NCBI GenBank assembly: GCA_965226885.1
Contig: CBDDEL010000014.1
Location: 1 to 64,000 of the forward strand
DNA: 64,000 bases
Direction: 5' to 3'
Source: Opitutales bacterium
GTDB lineage: Bacteria > Verrucomicrobiota > Verrucomicrobiia > Opitutales > UBA2987
Positions 55,377-64,000 of the stretch are shown in pieces. The notes under the pieces are model-generated. The model had not been told where the DNA came from. It worked only from the letters and a program-made list of their open reading frames with translations, and did no database searches. A program made the translations under genes and the position numbers. The first letter of the stretch is position 1. Each line of letters starts with the position of its first letter.

Positions 55377-57362
55377 TTATTGGCGGCCCTTGACTAGTTG
55401 ATTGACCGTTGAGGGGTCGGCCAGGGTGGAGATGTCGCCCAGGGATTCGCTGTCCACGGTTCCTTCGGCAATTTTCCGCAATATCCGCCGCATGATTTTG
55501 CCCGATCGTGTCTTGGGCAGGGCATCGGTGAACTGTATTTTATCGGGCGCCGCAATGGGGCCGATTTCTTTGCGCACGTGCAGGACAAGCTCTTTCTTCA
55601 AGCCTTCGCTTTCGGCCACCCCTTCCACCAGGGTGACATAGGCGTAGAGGCCCTGCCCCTTGATTTCGTGAGGCATGGGAGCGACGGCAGCCTCGGCCAC
55701 CATTGTGTGGCTGACGAGGGCGCTTTCCACCTCCGCAGTGCCTATACGGTGGCCGGAGACGTTGACCACGTCGTCGATCCGGCCCATCAACCAGTAATTG
55801 CCATCCTCGTCCACGCGGCAGCCATCGCCGGTGGTATAGACATCGTTGTAGATGGTAAAATAGGTGTCGATAAAACGGTCGTGATCGCCCCAGTTGGTCC
55901 GCATCATGCCGGGCCAGGAGTTCTTGATGATCAGTTTGCCGCCCTCATTGACGTCGCATTCGGAACCGTCGTCGCGCAGAATGGCCGGTTCGATCCCGAA
56001 AAACGGGCGGCAGGCGCTTCCCGGTTTGGTGGTGTGCGCTCCGGGCAAAGGCGTTATGAGAACGCCTCCCGTTTCCGTTTGCCACCAGGTATCGACGATG
56101 GGGCAGCGGGTTTTGCCGATCTGCTCATGGTACCAAATCCAGGCTTCGGGGTTGATCGGTTCGCCCACCGTGCCGAGTATACGGAGCGAATCCAGGTTGT
56201 GCTTGGCTGGCCACTCGTCACCCAGCCGGATGAGGGCGCGGATGGCGGTTGGGGCGGTGTAAAAAATGCTCACCTTGTATTTTTCCACGATCTGCCAGAA
56301 ACGGCCCGCGTCGGGGTAGGTAGGTACGCCTTCGAACATGAGCGTGGTGGCCCCGTTGGCCAACGGTCCGTAAACGATATAGCTGTGCCCGGTGACCCAG
56401 CCGATGTCGGCGGTGCACCAGTAAATATCGTCATCGTGCAGGTCGAAAATGTATTTGTGGGTAATGGCGGCATAAAGCAAATAACCCGCCGTGGTATGCA
56501 CCACACCCTTGGGTTTGCCGGTCGATCCGGAAGTGTAGAGAATAAAAAGTTTGTCCTCAGCGTTGAGGGAGGCTGCCTCGCACTGGTCGGAGGCTTCCGC
56601 CATCAAATCATGGTACCACAGATCGCGACCCTCGACGACCTGGCACGGCGCTTCATTTCGCCTGACAAGAACCACTTTTTCAATTGAGGGGGTGTCCTGA
56701 AGGGCTTCATCGGAAATATCTTTCAACCGGATATGCTTGCCTGCTCGTAAGGAGACATTGGCGGTGATGAGCAGTTTGCAGTCGGAGTCGTTGATGCGCC
56801 CGCGCAGGGCGTCGGCACTGAAGCCCCCGAAGACGACTGAGTGGATGGCCCCGAGGCGGGCGCAGGCCAGCATGGCCACAGGAAGTTCCGGGATCATGGG
56901 CAGGTAGATGCAGACCCGGTCGCCTTTGCTTATTTTGAGGGACTTGAGGACATTGGCGAATTTGCAGACTTCTCCATGCAGTTCGGCATAGGAAATATGC
57001 CGGGTTTCCTCCTCCGGTTCTCCTTGCCAGATGATGGCTGTTTTTTGGGCGGTGGGCGTTCCCAGGTGCCGGTCCAGGCAGTTGTGGGAAACATTGAGTT
57101 CCCCGTCGGCAAACCAGGTATGTTCGATCTTGCGCTGCTCGGTGTTCCAGTTTTGCTGGCGCGCTTTGGTCGGCTTTTTAAACCAGGACAGGTTTTCTGC
57201 CTGTTCGAGCCAGAATCCTTCCACATCCCGCACGGAGCGATTATACATCTCCAGGTATTGCTCCTGCGAGTTTATATGCGCTTTTTCGGTAATATTGGAA
57301 GGTGGAGGAAACGTCCTCCTTTCGCTCATAAGTGAAGAGATGGATTTACTTTCCTCAGTCAT
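55377..57362 (-). CDS. acs: Acetyl-CoA synthetase
   Basis: [36 protein letters not shown]. Confidence 0.96.
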   Translation of the reverse strand: MTEESKSISSLMSERRTFPPPSNITEKAHINSQEQYLEMYNRSVRDVEGFWLEQAENLSWFKKPTKARQQNWNTEQRKIEHTWFADGELNVSHNCLDRHLGTPTAQKTAIIWQGEPEEETRHISYAELHGEVCKFANVLKSLKISKGDRVCIYLPMIPELPVAMLACARLGAIHSVVFGGFSADALRGRINDSDCKLLITANVSLRAGKHIRLKDISDEALQDTPSIEKVVLVRRNEAPCQVVEGRDLWYHDLMAEASDQCEAASLNAEDKLFILYTSGSTGKPKGVVHTTAGYLLYAAITHKYIFDLHDDDIYWCTADIGWVTGHSYIVYGPLANGATTLMFEGVPTYPDAGRFWQIVEKYKVSIFYTAPTAIRALIRLGDEWPAKHNLDSLRILGTVGEPINPEAWIWYHEQIGKTRCPIVDTWWQTETGGVLITPLPGAHTTKPGSACRPFFGIEPAILRDDGSECDVNEGGKLIIKNSWPGMMRTNWGDHDRFIDTYFTIYNDVYTTGDGCRVDEDGNYWLMGRIDDVVNVSGHRIGTAEVESALVSHTMVAEAAVAPMPHEIKGQGLYAYVTLVEGVAESEGLKKELVLHVRKEIGPIAAPDKIQFTDALPKTRSGKIMRRILRKIAEGTVDSESLGDISTLADPSTVNQLVKGRQ

Positions 57363-57578
57363 TTTATTTTATTATTAAGAGTCCAAGGTTCCCTTTGTGG
57401 ATTGGTTCCCTTGGTATTCTAGCCTTGTTTGAATGGGGTTTCAGGTACTTGCCGGGCGCCGAAAGTGTCAACCTTATCTTTTCATGGATTTCGCTGCCGG
57501 AATCAATCCTCTTGTATCTTTCTTGTATCTTGACAGGTAAAATGCCACCTTTTTCCTCTAAAAATTCATAGTTACTGC

Positions 57579-58688
57579 ATGAATTCACCACTCGCTACCT
57601 CATCGCTCCAGTCGAAAACCGCCCAAACTGAGGCGGCGGCCTTCATCATCGATGCCGATGTGCACAACTATCCTGCTTCCATGGAGGACTTTTTCCCTTT
57701 TCTATCCTCCCGATGGAAGGCCTATATTTGCCAGTCGGGGATGCCATTGCCGGGAGTCTCGCTATACCCCAAAGTATATGAAAGAGCCGCCCGACGCGAT
57801 GCCTGGACTCCTGATGGGAATGCGCCCGGAACCGATCCCGATTTTGCCAGAGAACAACTGCTCGATGCCTGGAAGATAAAAACCGCCATCCTCAATCCCC
57901 TGGTGGGCATTCCGGCGGTGCACAACCTCGATTTGGGCAACGCCCTTATGCGGGCGACGAACGACTGGATGGCCTCTGTCTGGCTGGATGCGGATGCGCG
58001 CTGGCGCGGTTCCATGGTAGTCAATGTGAACGACCCGGAAGCCTCCGCGGTGGAAATCCGGCGGGTTTCCGCGGATTCGCGCTTTGTTCAGGTTCTACTG
58101 CTGGTGCGCTCTCACGCGCCTTACGGCCGCCGGGAATTTCGACCCATCTTTGAGGCTGCGGCCGAGGTTGGCCTGCCTGTAGGCATACACTTCGGGGGCG
58201 ATGGCAAGGGCAATCCGATTACTCCCTGCGGGTGGCCTTCCTATTATATTGAGGACCACACCGTAATGACTCAGGCTTTTGAAACCCAGGTCGTCAGCCT
58301 CGTTTGTGAAGGGGTTTTTGACCAAATTCCGCAAACCCGGGTGGTTTTGATCGAGGGCGGATTTGCCTGGCTGCCGGCTCTCATGTGGCGTCTGGACAAA
58401 AATTACCGTGGTTTGCGCAGCGAGGTTCCCTGGCTGAGGAAGGCGCCCAGTGAATACATTATGGAGCATTTCCGCGCCACCACCCAACCGATGGAAGAAC
58501 CGAATAACCCTATACACCTCCTTCAAATGATGGAAATGATCGGGCGCGATGATTTTTTAATGTTCGCCACGGACTATCCTCATTGGGATTTCGACGCCCC
58601 CGATCGCGCTTTGCCATCCGCTATGCCGAAGTCTTTGCGCGAGAAGATCATGAGCGAAAACGCGGCCTTGTTTTATGGCTTCGAGTGA
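57579..58688 (+). CDS. Amidohydrolase_2 superfamily metalloprotein
   Basis: IIDADVH, GIH, IEGGFAW, TDYPHWD. Confidence 0.88.
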   Translation: MNSPLATSSLQSKTAQTEAAAFIIDADVHNYPASMEDFFPFLSSRWKAYICQSGMPLPGVSLYPKVYERAARRDAWTPDGNAPGTDPDFAREQLLDAWKIKTAILNPLVGIPAVHNLDLGNALMRATNDWMASVWLDADARWRGSMVVNVNDPEASAVEIRRVSADSRFVQVLLLVRSHAPYGRREFRPIFEAAAEVGLPVGIHFGGDGKGNPITPCGWPSYYIEDHTVMTQAFETQVVSLVCEGVFDQIPQTRVVLIEGGFAWLPALMWRLDKNYRGLRSEVPWLRKAPSEYIMEHFRATTQPMEEPNNPIHLLQMMEMIGRDDFLMFATDYPHWDFDAPDRALPSAMPKSLREKIMSENAALFYGFE

Positions 58689-59040
58689 GCACGACATCGG
58701 TTCGATCGACGATTTCCAATCGGGCCGGGCCTACCCCATGTCAGTTGGCGGAAGGCAGTTGGCGGTTGTCCGCAACAACGATGCCTTTTATGCTTTCCGG
58801 GACATTTGTCCCCACCAGGGTGCTCATCTTTCCAGCGGATTGGTGAGCGGTTCGCCCAAACCCTGTCTGCCCGGCGATGAGATCGTTTTGGACAAGACAG
58901 GCCAAATCATCGTATGCCCCTGGCACGGGTGGGAGTTCGACCTCAACAATGGCGACCCGCTGGCAGAATCATGCCGTGGGCAGTTAAAAACCTATGCGGT
59001 TGAGGTAAAAAGCGACCGCGTAATTATCACTTTCGGCTAG
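58675..59040 (+). CDS. Rieske [2Fe-2S] ferredoxin
   Basis: CPHQG...CPWHGWEFD; overlaps upstream gene by 14 bp. Confidence 0.92.
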   Translation: MASSEHDIGSIDDFQSGRAYPMSVGGRQLAVVRNNDAFYAFRDICPHQGAHLSSGLVSGSPKPCLPGDEIVLDKTGQIIVCPWHGWEFDLNNGDPLAESCRGQLKTYAVEVKSDRVIITFG

Positions 59041-59151
59041 TGTCGTATTCCGTTAAAGACTTTACAGGGTTAGAGCTCAATTTCTATTAAATATGCCGAC
59101 GGACCTAAATTTAGTTGCTATTTCAAATTACGACTTCATCTAGATGGGTAC

Positions 59152-59859
59152 ATGCTCGACTCGGTAATTGAGAAACTATTGGCCTTACAGGAGTGCGACT
59201 CGCGCCGGGACAATATCCAAAGTCAATTGGAGCGCATTCCGGTGGAGATTGCCCGGAGTGAGAAAAACATCCAAAATGAGTTGGAGGCCATTGAAGCGGC
59301 TAAAAATGCCGTCCGTGAGATGGAAGTCCGCCGGAAAAACCTGGATACGGAAATCAAGCAGTCCGAGGAACAAATCGCCCGTTACAAAACCCAGCAGTTG
59401 CAGGTCAAAAAGAACGAAGAATATCAGGCTTTGCAGCATGAAATTAACAACTTGACCAGCAAGATCAGCGACCTCGAAGACAGCGAAATAGGCATTATGC
59501 TGGAGGTCGATGAAGCCGCCGAAAAAGCGAAAAAAGAAGAGGCGGAGCGAAAACAGAGCATCGAGGATTTGAAGACTTTAATTTCCAAGCGCGAGGTCCA
59601 CCGAGAGGAATTTAAAGCCAATCTGGAGAGCGCCGTGGCGGCCGTCGAAAGCGCCGCTTCCGAGTTGGATGAAAAGTCGATGCGGGGATACCAATACGTC
59701 AAGATGAAGGCCAAGAGGCCGCCATTTGTAGTTCCCCTGGACGGGCAGAAATGCACGGGTTGCCACCTGCGCGTGCCTAATGAGGTAAAGGCGGAAATGC
59801 TCAAGGGCAAGGAGCTGGTCCGCTGTAACAATTGCAGCCGGATTCTTTATTCAATATAA
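59152..59859 (+). CDS. Coiled-coil plus C4 zinc-ribbon protein (DUF164/CT398-like)
   Basis: Long coiled coil; CTGC...CNNCSRILY. Confidence 0.88.
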   Translation: MLDSVIEKLLALQECDSRRDNIQSQLERIPVEIARSEKNIQNELEAIEAAKNAVREMEVRRKNLDTEIKQSEEQIARYKTQQLQVKKNEEYQALQHEINNLTSKISDLEDSEIGIMLEVDEAAEKAKKEEAERKQSIEDLKTLISKREVHREEFKANLESAVAAVESAASELDEKSMRGYQYVKMKAKRPPFVVPLDGQKCTGCHLRVPNEVKAEMLKGKELVRCNNCSRILYSI

Positions 59860-59975
59860 GCAGGTAAGACCTTCTTGCATCCTGCATCCCGTTTCATGTA
59901 TCCTAAAAATCATCATTATTAAGTGACCTGAAATTGATATTGATATTGAAATTTCGCCAGTGAATTGCAATTGCC

Positions 59976-61049
59976 ATGGATCTTGAAAAACTTCGGCAGG
60001 AAATCGACGCCATTGATCGGGAAATAATAGGACAGCTCAATGCGCGGATTAAGCTGGCCTGCGAGATTGGCCGAATCAAAGAAGAGAATGGGCAGGAAGT
60101 TTATGTGCCGGGGAGGGAAGAGGAGGTTTTTGCCAAACTTAATGAAATTAATGAAGGGCCACTGCAGGAGAATACCATCCGGTCTATTTACCGGGAAATA
60201 ATTTCGGCCGCAATCGCTTTGGAGAAACCGATTTTGGTGGCCTACCTGGGCCCGGAAGCCACTTACACCCAGCAAGCCGCCATGAAAAATTTTGGCTCCA
60301 GCGTAAAATATCAGCCTTTGAGCGGCATTGGGGATGTTTTTTCAGCAGTGGAAAGGGGCGATGCCGATTACGGTGTCATCCCGAGGGAAAATTCGACCGA
60401 GGGCGCGGTCGAGGAAACGCTGGACATGCTGGTCAAGACGGATCTTAAAATTATTGCCCAGATTCATTTGGGAATTTCTCTTTGCCTGATATCCAATTCG
60501 CCCCTGGAGGATATCGCATCGGTTCACTCCAAGGACAAAGCCCTGGGGCAATGCCGCCAATGGCTCAACCACAATTTGGCCGGGGTGACGCGGGTAGAGG
60601 CGGCCAGCACTTCCCAGGCCGTAAAGTTTGCCGGGGAAAATCCTGGAACCGCTGCCATCGCCAGCCGTTTGGCTGCTGAATTATACGATGTGCCCATCAT
60701 CGCGGAGGGTATTGAGGACCGCCGGGAGAATTTCACTCGATTTTTTGTCATCGGAGAAATTGTGCCCGAACATCCCGAGGGCGAATTTCCTGAAAAAACC
60801 TCATTTGTCTTTTCCATCAAAGATGAGCCTGGGGCGCTCATCAATGCCCTTGAGCCGTTCAGCACACGGGGCCTCAATCTGAGCAAAATCGAATCGCGGC
60901 CCAGTAAAACGAAACTCTGGGATTATTATTTTTTCATCGATGTGCTGGGAAACCAAAAGGACCCCTCCCTGCAAGCGGCGGTGGAGGAGTTGGAGAAATC
61001 CTGTTCCATGGTCAAATGGCTCGGCAGTTACCCGGACACCGATGTTTGA
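59976..61049 (+). CDS. pheA: Chorismate mutase/prephenate dehydratase
   Basis: LRQEIDAID, YLGPEATYT, ENSTEG, TRF, IESRPS. Confidence 0.95.
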   Translation: MDLEKLRQEIDAIDREIIGQLNARIKLACEIGRIKEENGQEVYVPGREEEVFAKLNEINEGPLQENTIRSIYREIISAAIALEKPILVAYLGPEATYTQQAAMKNFGSSVKYQPLSGIGDVFSAVERGDADYGVIPRENSTEGAVEETLDMLVKTDLKIIAQIHLGISLCLISNSPLEDIASVHSKDKALGQCRQWLNHNLAGVTRVEAASTSQAVKFAGENPGTAAIASRLAAELYDVPIIAEGIEDRRENFTRFFVIGEIVPEHPEGEFPEKTSFVFSIKDEPGALINALEPFSTRGLNLSKIESRPSKTKLWDYYFFIDVLGNQKDPSLQAAVEELEKSCSMVKWLGSYPDTDV

Positions 61050-61064
61050 GGACTAAGCCAGGTA

Positions 61065-61355
61065 GTGGCCACGGGTGAAAAAATAAAAATAACGGTGCGC
61101 GTGATTCCCAACGCTTCGCGCAACGAGATCGTCGGGTGGGTGGGGGAAGAATTGAAAATCAAGGTGCAAGCCCCGCCGGAGGGTGGGCGGGCCAACAAGG
61201 CACTCATTGAATTTTTAAGCAAAGTCCTCAAATTAGCGCGAAGAGAAGCAAATATCACCGCCGGGCAAAAGTCCCGCCGTAAAACATTGGAAATCGCCCA
61301 TCTTTCCCTCGAAGAATTGAAAAACAGAATCGCTCAGCTAAACCCTGAAATTTGA
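61065..61355 (+). CDS. DUF167 (YggU) family protein
   Basis: VIPNASR, APPEGGRANKAL, GQKSRRK. Confidence 0.9.
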   Translation: MATGEKIKITVRVIPNASRNEIVGWVGEELKIKVQAPPEGGRANKALIEFLSKVLKLARREANITAGQKSRRKTLEIAHLSLEELKNRIAQLNPEI

Positions 61356-61659
61356 TAACGGGCGCAGTTGGTCGCAGAGTTATTCTCCAATTTATTTACC
61401 ACGGATTGGAGGATGTCGCTTTGCTCGGTGCACGGATGAGCACGGATAATTTGTTAATAATTTGCAGATTTAAGAAAGATTGGGGCGGGCACTCAATTCA
61501 ATTTGGCAAGGCACGTTTTAATTGGAAGAAGTTTCAATGTCCGCTCCTCCACAGCCGGAGGGGCTGGCCGGGATTATATTTGTATATTGAGTAAATATCA
61601 AAGAGCGATACGTCCTCTTTTGATAATCCAAATATGAATTTTGAATGTTGTCCCGTTTC

Positions 61660-62078
61660 AGAGTTCCCGATGCCGCAACCAGACAGTGGCTGGTTTTCCT
61701 GAGCAACAACTTCACCTTGGCCGCCTTGACTATCACGGCCATATACAAAAGCCGCTGGCATATCGAACTGTTCTTCAAGTGGATTAAGCAGAACCTCCGC
61801 ATAAAGGCATTTTTTGGCATAACCAAGAACGCCGTGAAGACCCAGATTTGGGTCGCCATATACTTTTATCTAATGGATGCCTGTTTGAAAAAAATGCATG
61901 GAATTGATCGGACCCCATCTTTGCTACCACTTTAAGTGAGATTATTTCCGTAGGTTTGGTATTGTAGGTTTTGCAGGGGGTGGCGGAGTGAGGCCGTAGG
62001 CCGAATGGAGCCATTCGCTGCTTTGTTGATTGTTCGCCAGAGTCTGGCGAATGTATTGGGGGTAACTGGACACTAGTG
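61660..62078 (+). pseudogene. IS4-family transposase 3' remnant
   Basis: FLSNNF...IYKSRWHIELFFKWIKQNLRIKAFFG...NAVKTQIW (Y-2-R-3-E-6-K); possible end motif GGACACTAGTG; boundaries approximate. Confidence 0.75.
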
Positions 62079-62157
62079 ATACGATACCTTTAACTTAAAC
62101 TAATGCGACTTTAACGGCATTGCGTTAGCTTGAAGTTTCCAGATCGTATCATTTTGA

Positions 62158-62796
62158 TTACGCATGGCTTTCTCCTTCGACATGAGCAACCTTGGTATCA
62201 TCTCTAAAGAAAAATATGAAGAAACCGATCAGTGCTGCTGTCATGCCGATTGGCCAGAGCCAGATGGTATGCCAATCGTGTCCACCCTCTGTTGCGTATT
62301 TTTCGACTACCATGCCTGCGAGATTGCTGCCCAGAAACCAACCGAGACCAAATGTTATGAGGAAGTTGAGGCCCTGCGCCTGGGACCGGATGCTCTTGTC
62401 GGCCTTCTTGTCGGTGTAGAGTTGCCCGGTGACAAAGAAAAAATCATAACACGGGCCATGCAGGAGGAGGCCAGCAAATACCAGGATCCATAACTCCGTT
62501 CCCCAGTCTCCAAATGAAAAACAGATGAAGCGGGCGATCCATGCAAACATACCTATAAGGAGCATTATCTTCACTCCGAAACGGACAAAGAAAAACGGCA
62601 TGGCAACAAGGAAGATGACTTCAGCCATCTGGCCCGAGGATTGCCAGGCCTGGGCTGCATTCATAGTCGGGAACTCATTCAGATACAGGTTGGCAAATGA
62701 CCAGTAAAACATCGCGGGGAAAAAGATCAGGAATGAGGATATGGCAAATACCGCAAAGTTCGGATCTTTAAAAAGGCGCAATGCCTTCAGGCCTAG
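62158..62796 (-). pseudogene. MFS nucleoside:H+ symporter (NupG-like), 3' half, interrupted by IS1380
   Basis: GQMAEV, LLHGPCYDFFFVTGQLY, RSQAQG; abuts the IS1380 IR. Confidence 0.85.
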
Positions 62797-63142
62797 CCCG
62801 GATATTTCATGAAGGGTAAAGTTTGGCTCGTTATTGCTATTGGAGATGGATTTCTTTGTATTTTGAGCAGATCGTCTTGATTTTTAGGTGTTTTTCAGGG
62901 TGTAGAGACACTGCCCCCTTTCCCCCATTGGTTCGGTAGTGCCGGGGGCAGCACCAATGCACCCTTTAGGTTGGCACCAATCGGCGGGCCGCATGGTTGA
63001 AAAGACTGGCCCAAGGATAACTCTCACTTAGGTGAAAGTGAATCGTTCGGGTGTTGCGCACGATGACCGCTCCGATCTTGATTAATTTGAGCCGCAGGGT
63101 GTGGCATTGGGCCCGCGCCCACTTCGTCCCTTTTAAGGCTAA
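62797..63142 (-). mobile_element. IS1380-family element, right-end part, interrupted by another IS1380
   Basis: Reverse complement of about 30540-30887; flank CTAG. Confidence 0.9.
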
Positions 63143-64000
63143 CCCGGATATTTCGTAAAAAAAGTATCGTTGATATGCTTAACTGCTGATATACAGCAGG
63201 ATAGATCAATAATTAAAGCAATATCAGCGATGACAAAAGGTAAACAATTAAAGCTACAGTTGACAAGGGTAAAAGGCCGCCGTGTGCGGGTTGATTTCAA
63301 GGGCGGAGAGGTTACTTCGGATGCCGGACTGCTTTTGATCCGGGAAGTGGATCGGCAGTTGGGCTTGACCGAACGAGCGGCCCGACAGTTAGTGGACAAA
63401 CGGCAGAAGGGCAAAGTACGCCATGAGGTATTGGGGATGCTGCGGCAGCGCGTTTACGGGCTGGTGGCGGGCTATGAGGATTTGAACGACTTTGATACCC
63501 TGCGCCACGATCCATTGTTGCAAACGGTAACGGGGCGCATTGAAACGTTGGCCAGCGCGCCGACTTTGTGTCGTTTTGAAAACGGGCAGGATCGGCGGGC
63601 GGCCTTTGCGGTAAACGAGCTGTTGGTCGAACAGTTCATGGGCTCCTTTGCCGAGGAACCCGAAGAGATCATCCTGGACTTTGACGCCACCGACAATCCG
63701 GTGCACGGGCTCCAGGAGGGACGTTTTTTCCACGGTTATTATGATCATTACTGTTTTCTGCCGCTATATGTTTTTTGCGGTGATCAGCTGCTGGTGGCCT
63801 ACCTGCGGCCGAGCAAGATCGATGCCAGCAAGCATGCCGGGGCCATCCTCAAATTGCTGGTTAAACGGATGCGCCAAAGCTGGCCCCGTACGCGGATTAT
63901 TTGGCGCGCCGACAGTGGATTTTGTCGAGACCGGATACTCTCTTGGTGCGACCGCAACGAAGTTAGTTACATCGTGGGGATGGCTCGCAATGCACGCTTG
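63143..64000 (+). mobile_element. IS1380-family element, left part (runs off window)
   Basis: Near-identical to 29319 onward with a few SNPs; flank CTAA. Confidence 0.93.

Overview
Bacterial chromosomal segment. The L33, S1 and TolB styles suggest Verrucomicrobiota/PVC (inference, not verified). Housekeeping and catabolic genes (rpmG, acr3-arsC, mrp, tolB, rpsA, trpE, peptide and sugar ABC parts, sulfatase/SSS locus, ferritin, KdsD-family isomerase, cysteine desulfurase, ruvC, queA, acs, pheA) are interspersed with a recent multi-family IS burst: IS630, two different IS3-family elements (2 copies each), IS1 x5, IS21, IS1380 x4 and an IS4 remnant. About three quarters of 21.3-37.7 kb is IS DNA, with nested insertions, missing target duplications (deletion scars) and broken surface/carbohydrate genes, including a reconstructable IPTL-CTERM protein. 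Other notable items: a window-wide pattern of perfect 12-25 bp tandem duplications (one frameshifts a sigma-70 gene), an ECF/anti-sigma-YceI-glycosyltransferase-flavoprotein-VTT-DUF547 cluster, an amidohydrolase-Rieske pair resembling PtmU3-type oxygenases, a signal-peptide-bearing MTAP-like enzyme with a duplicated promoter, and a GNAT gene that looks like a stranded integron cassette. No CRISPR array, tRNA or rRNA was seen.
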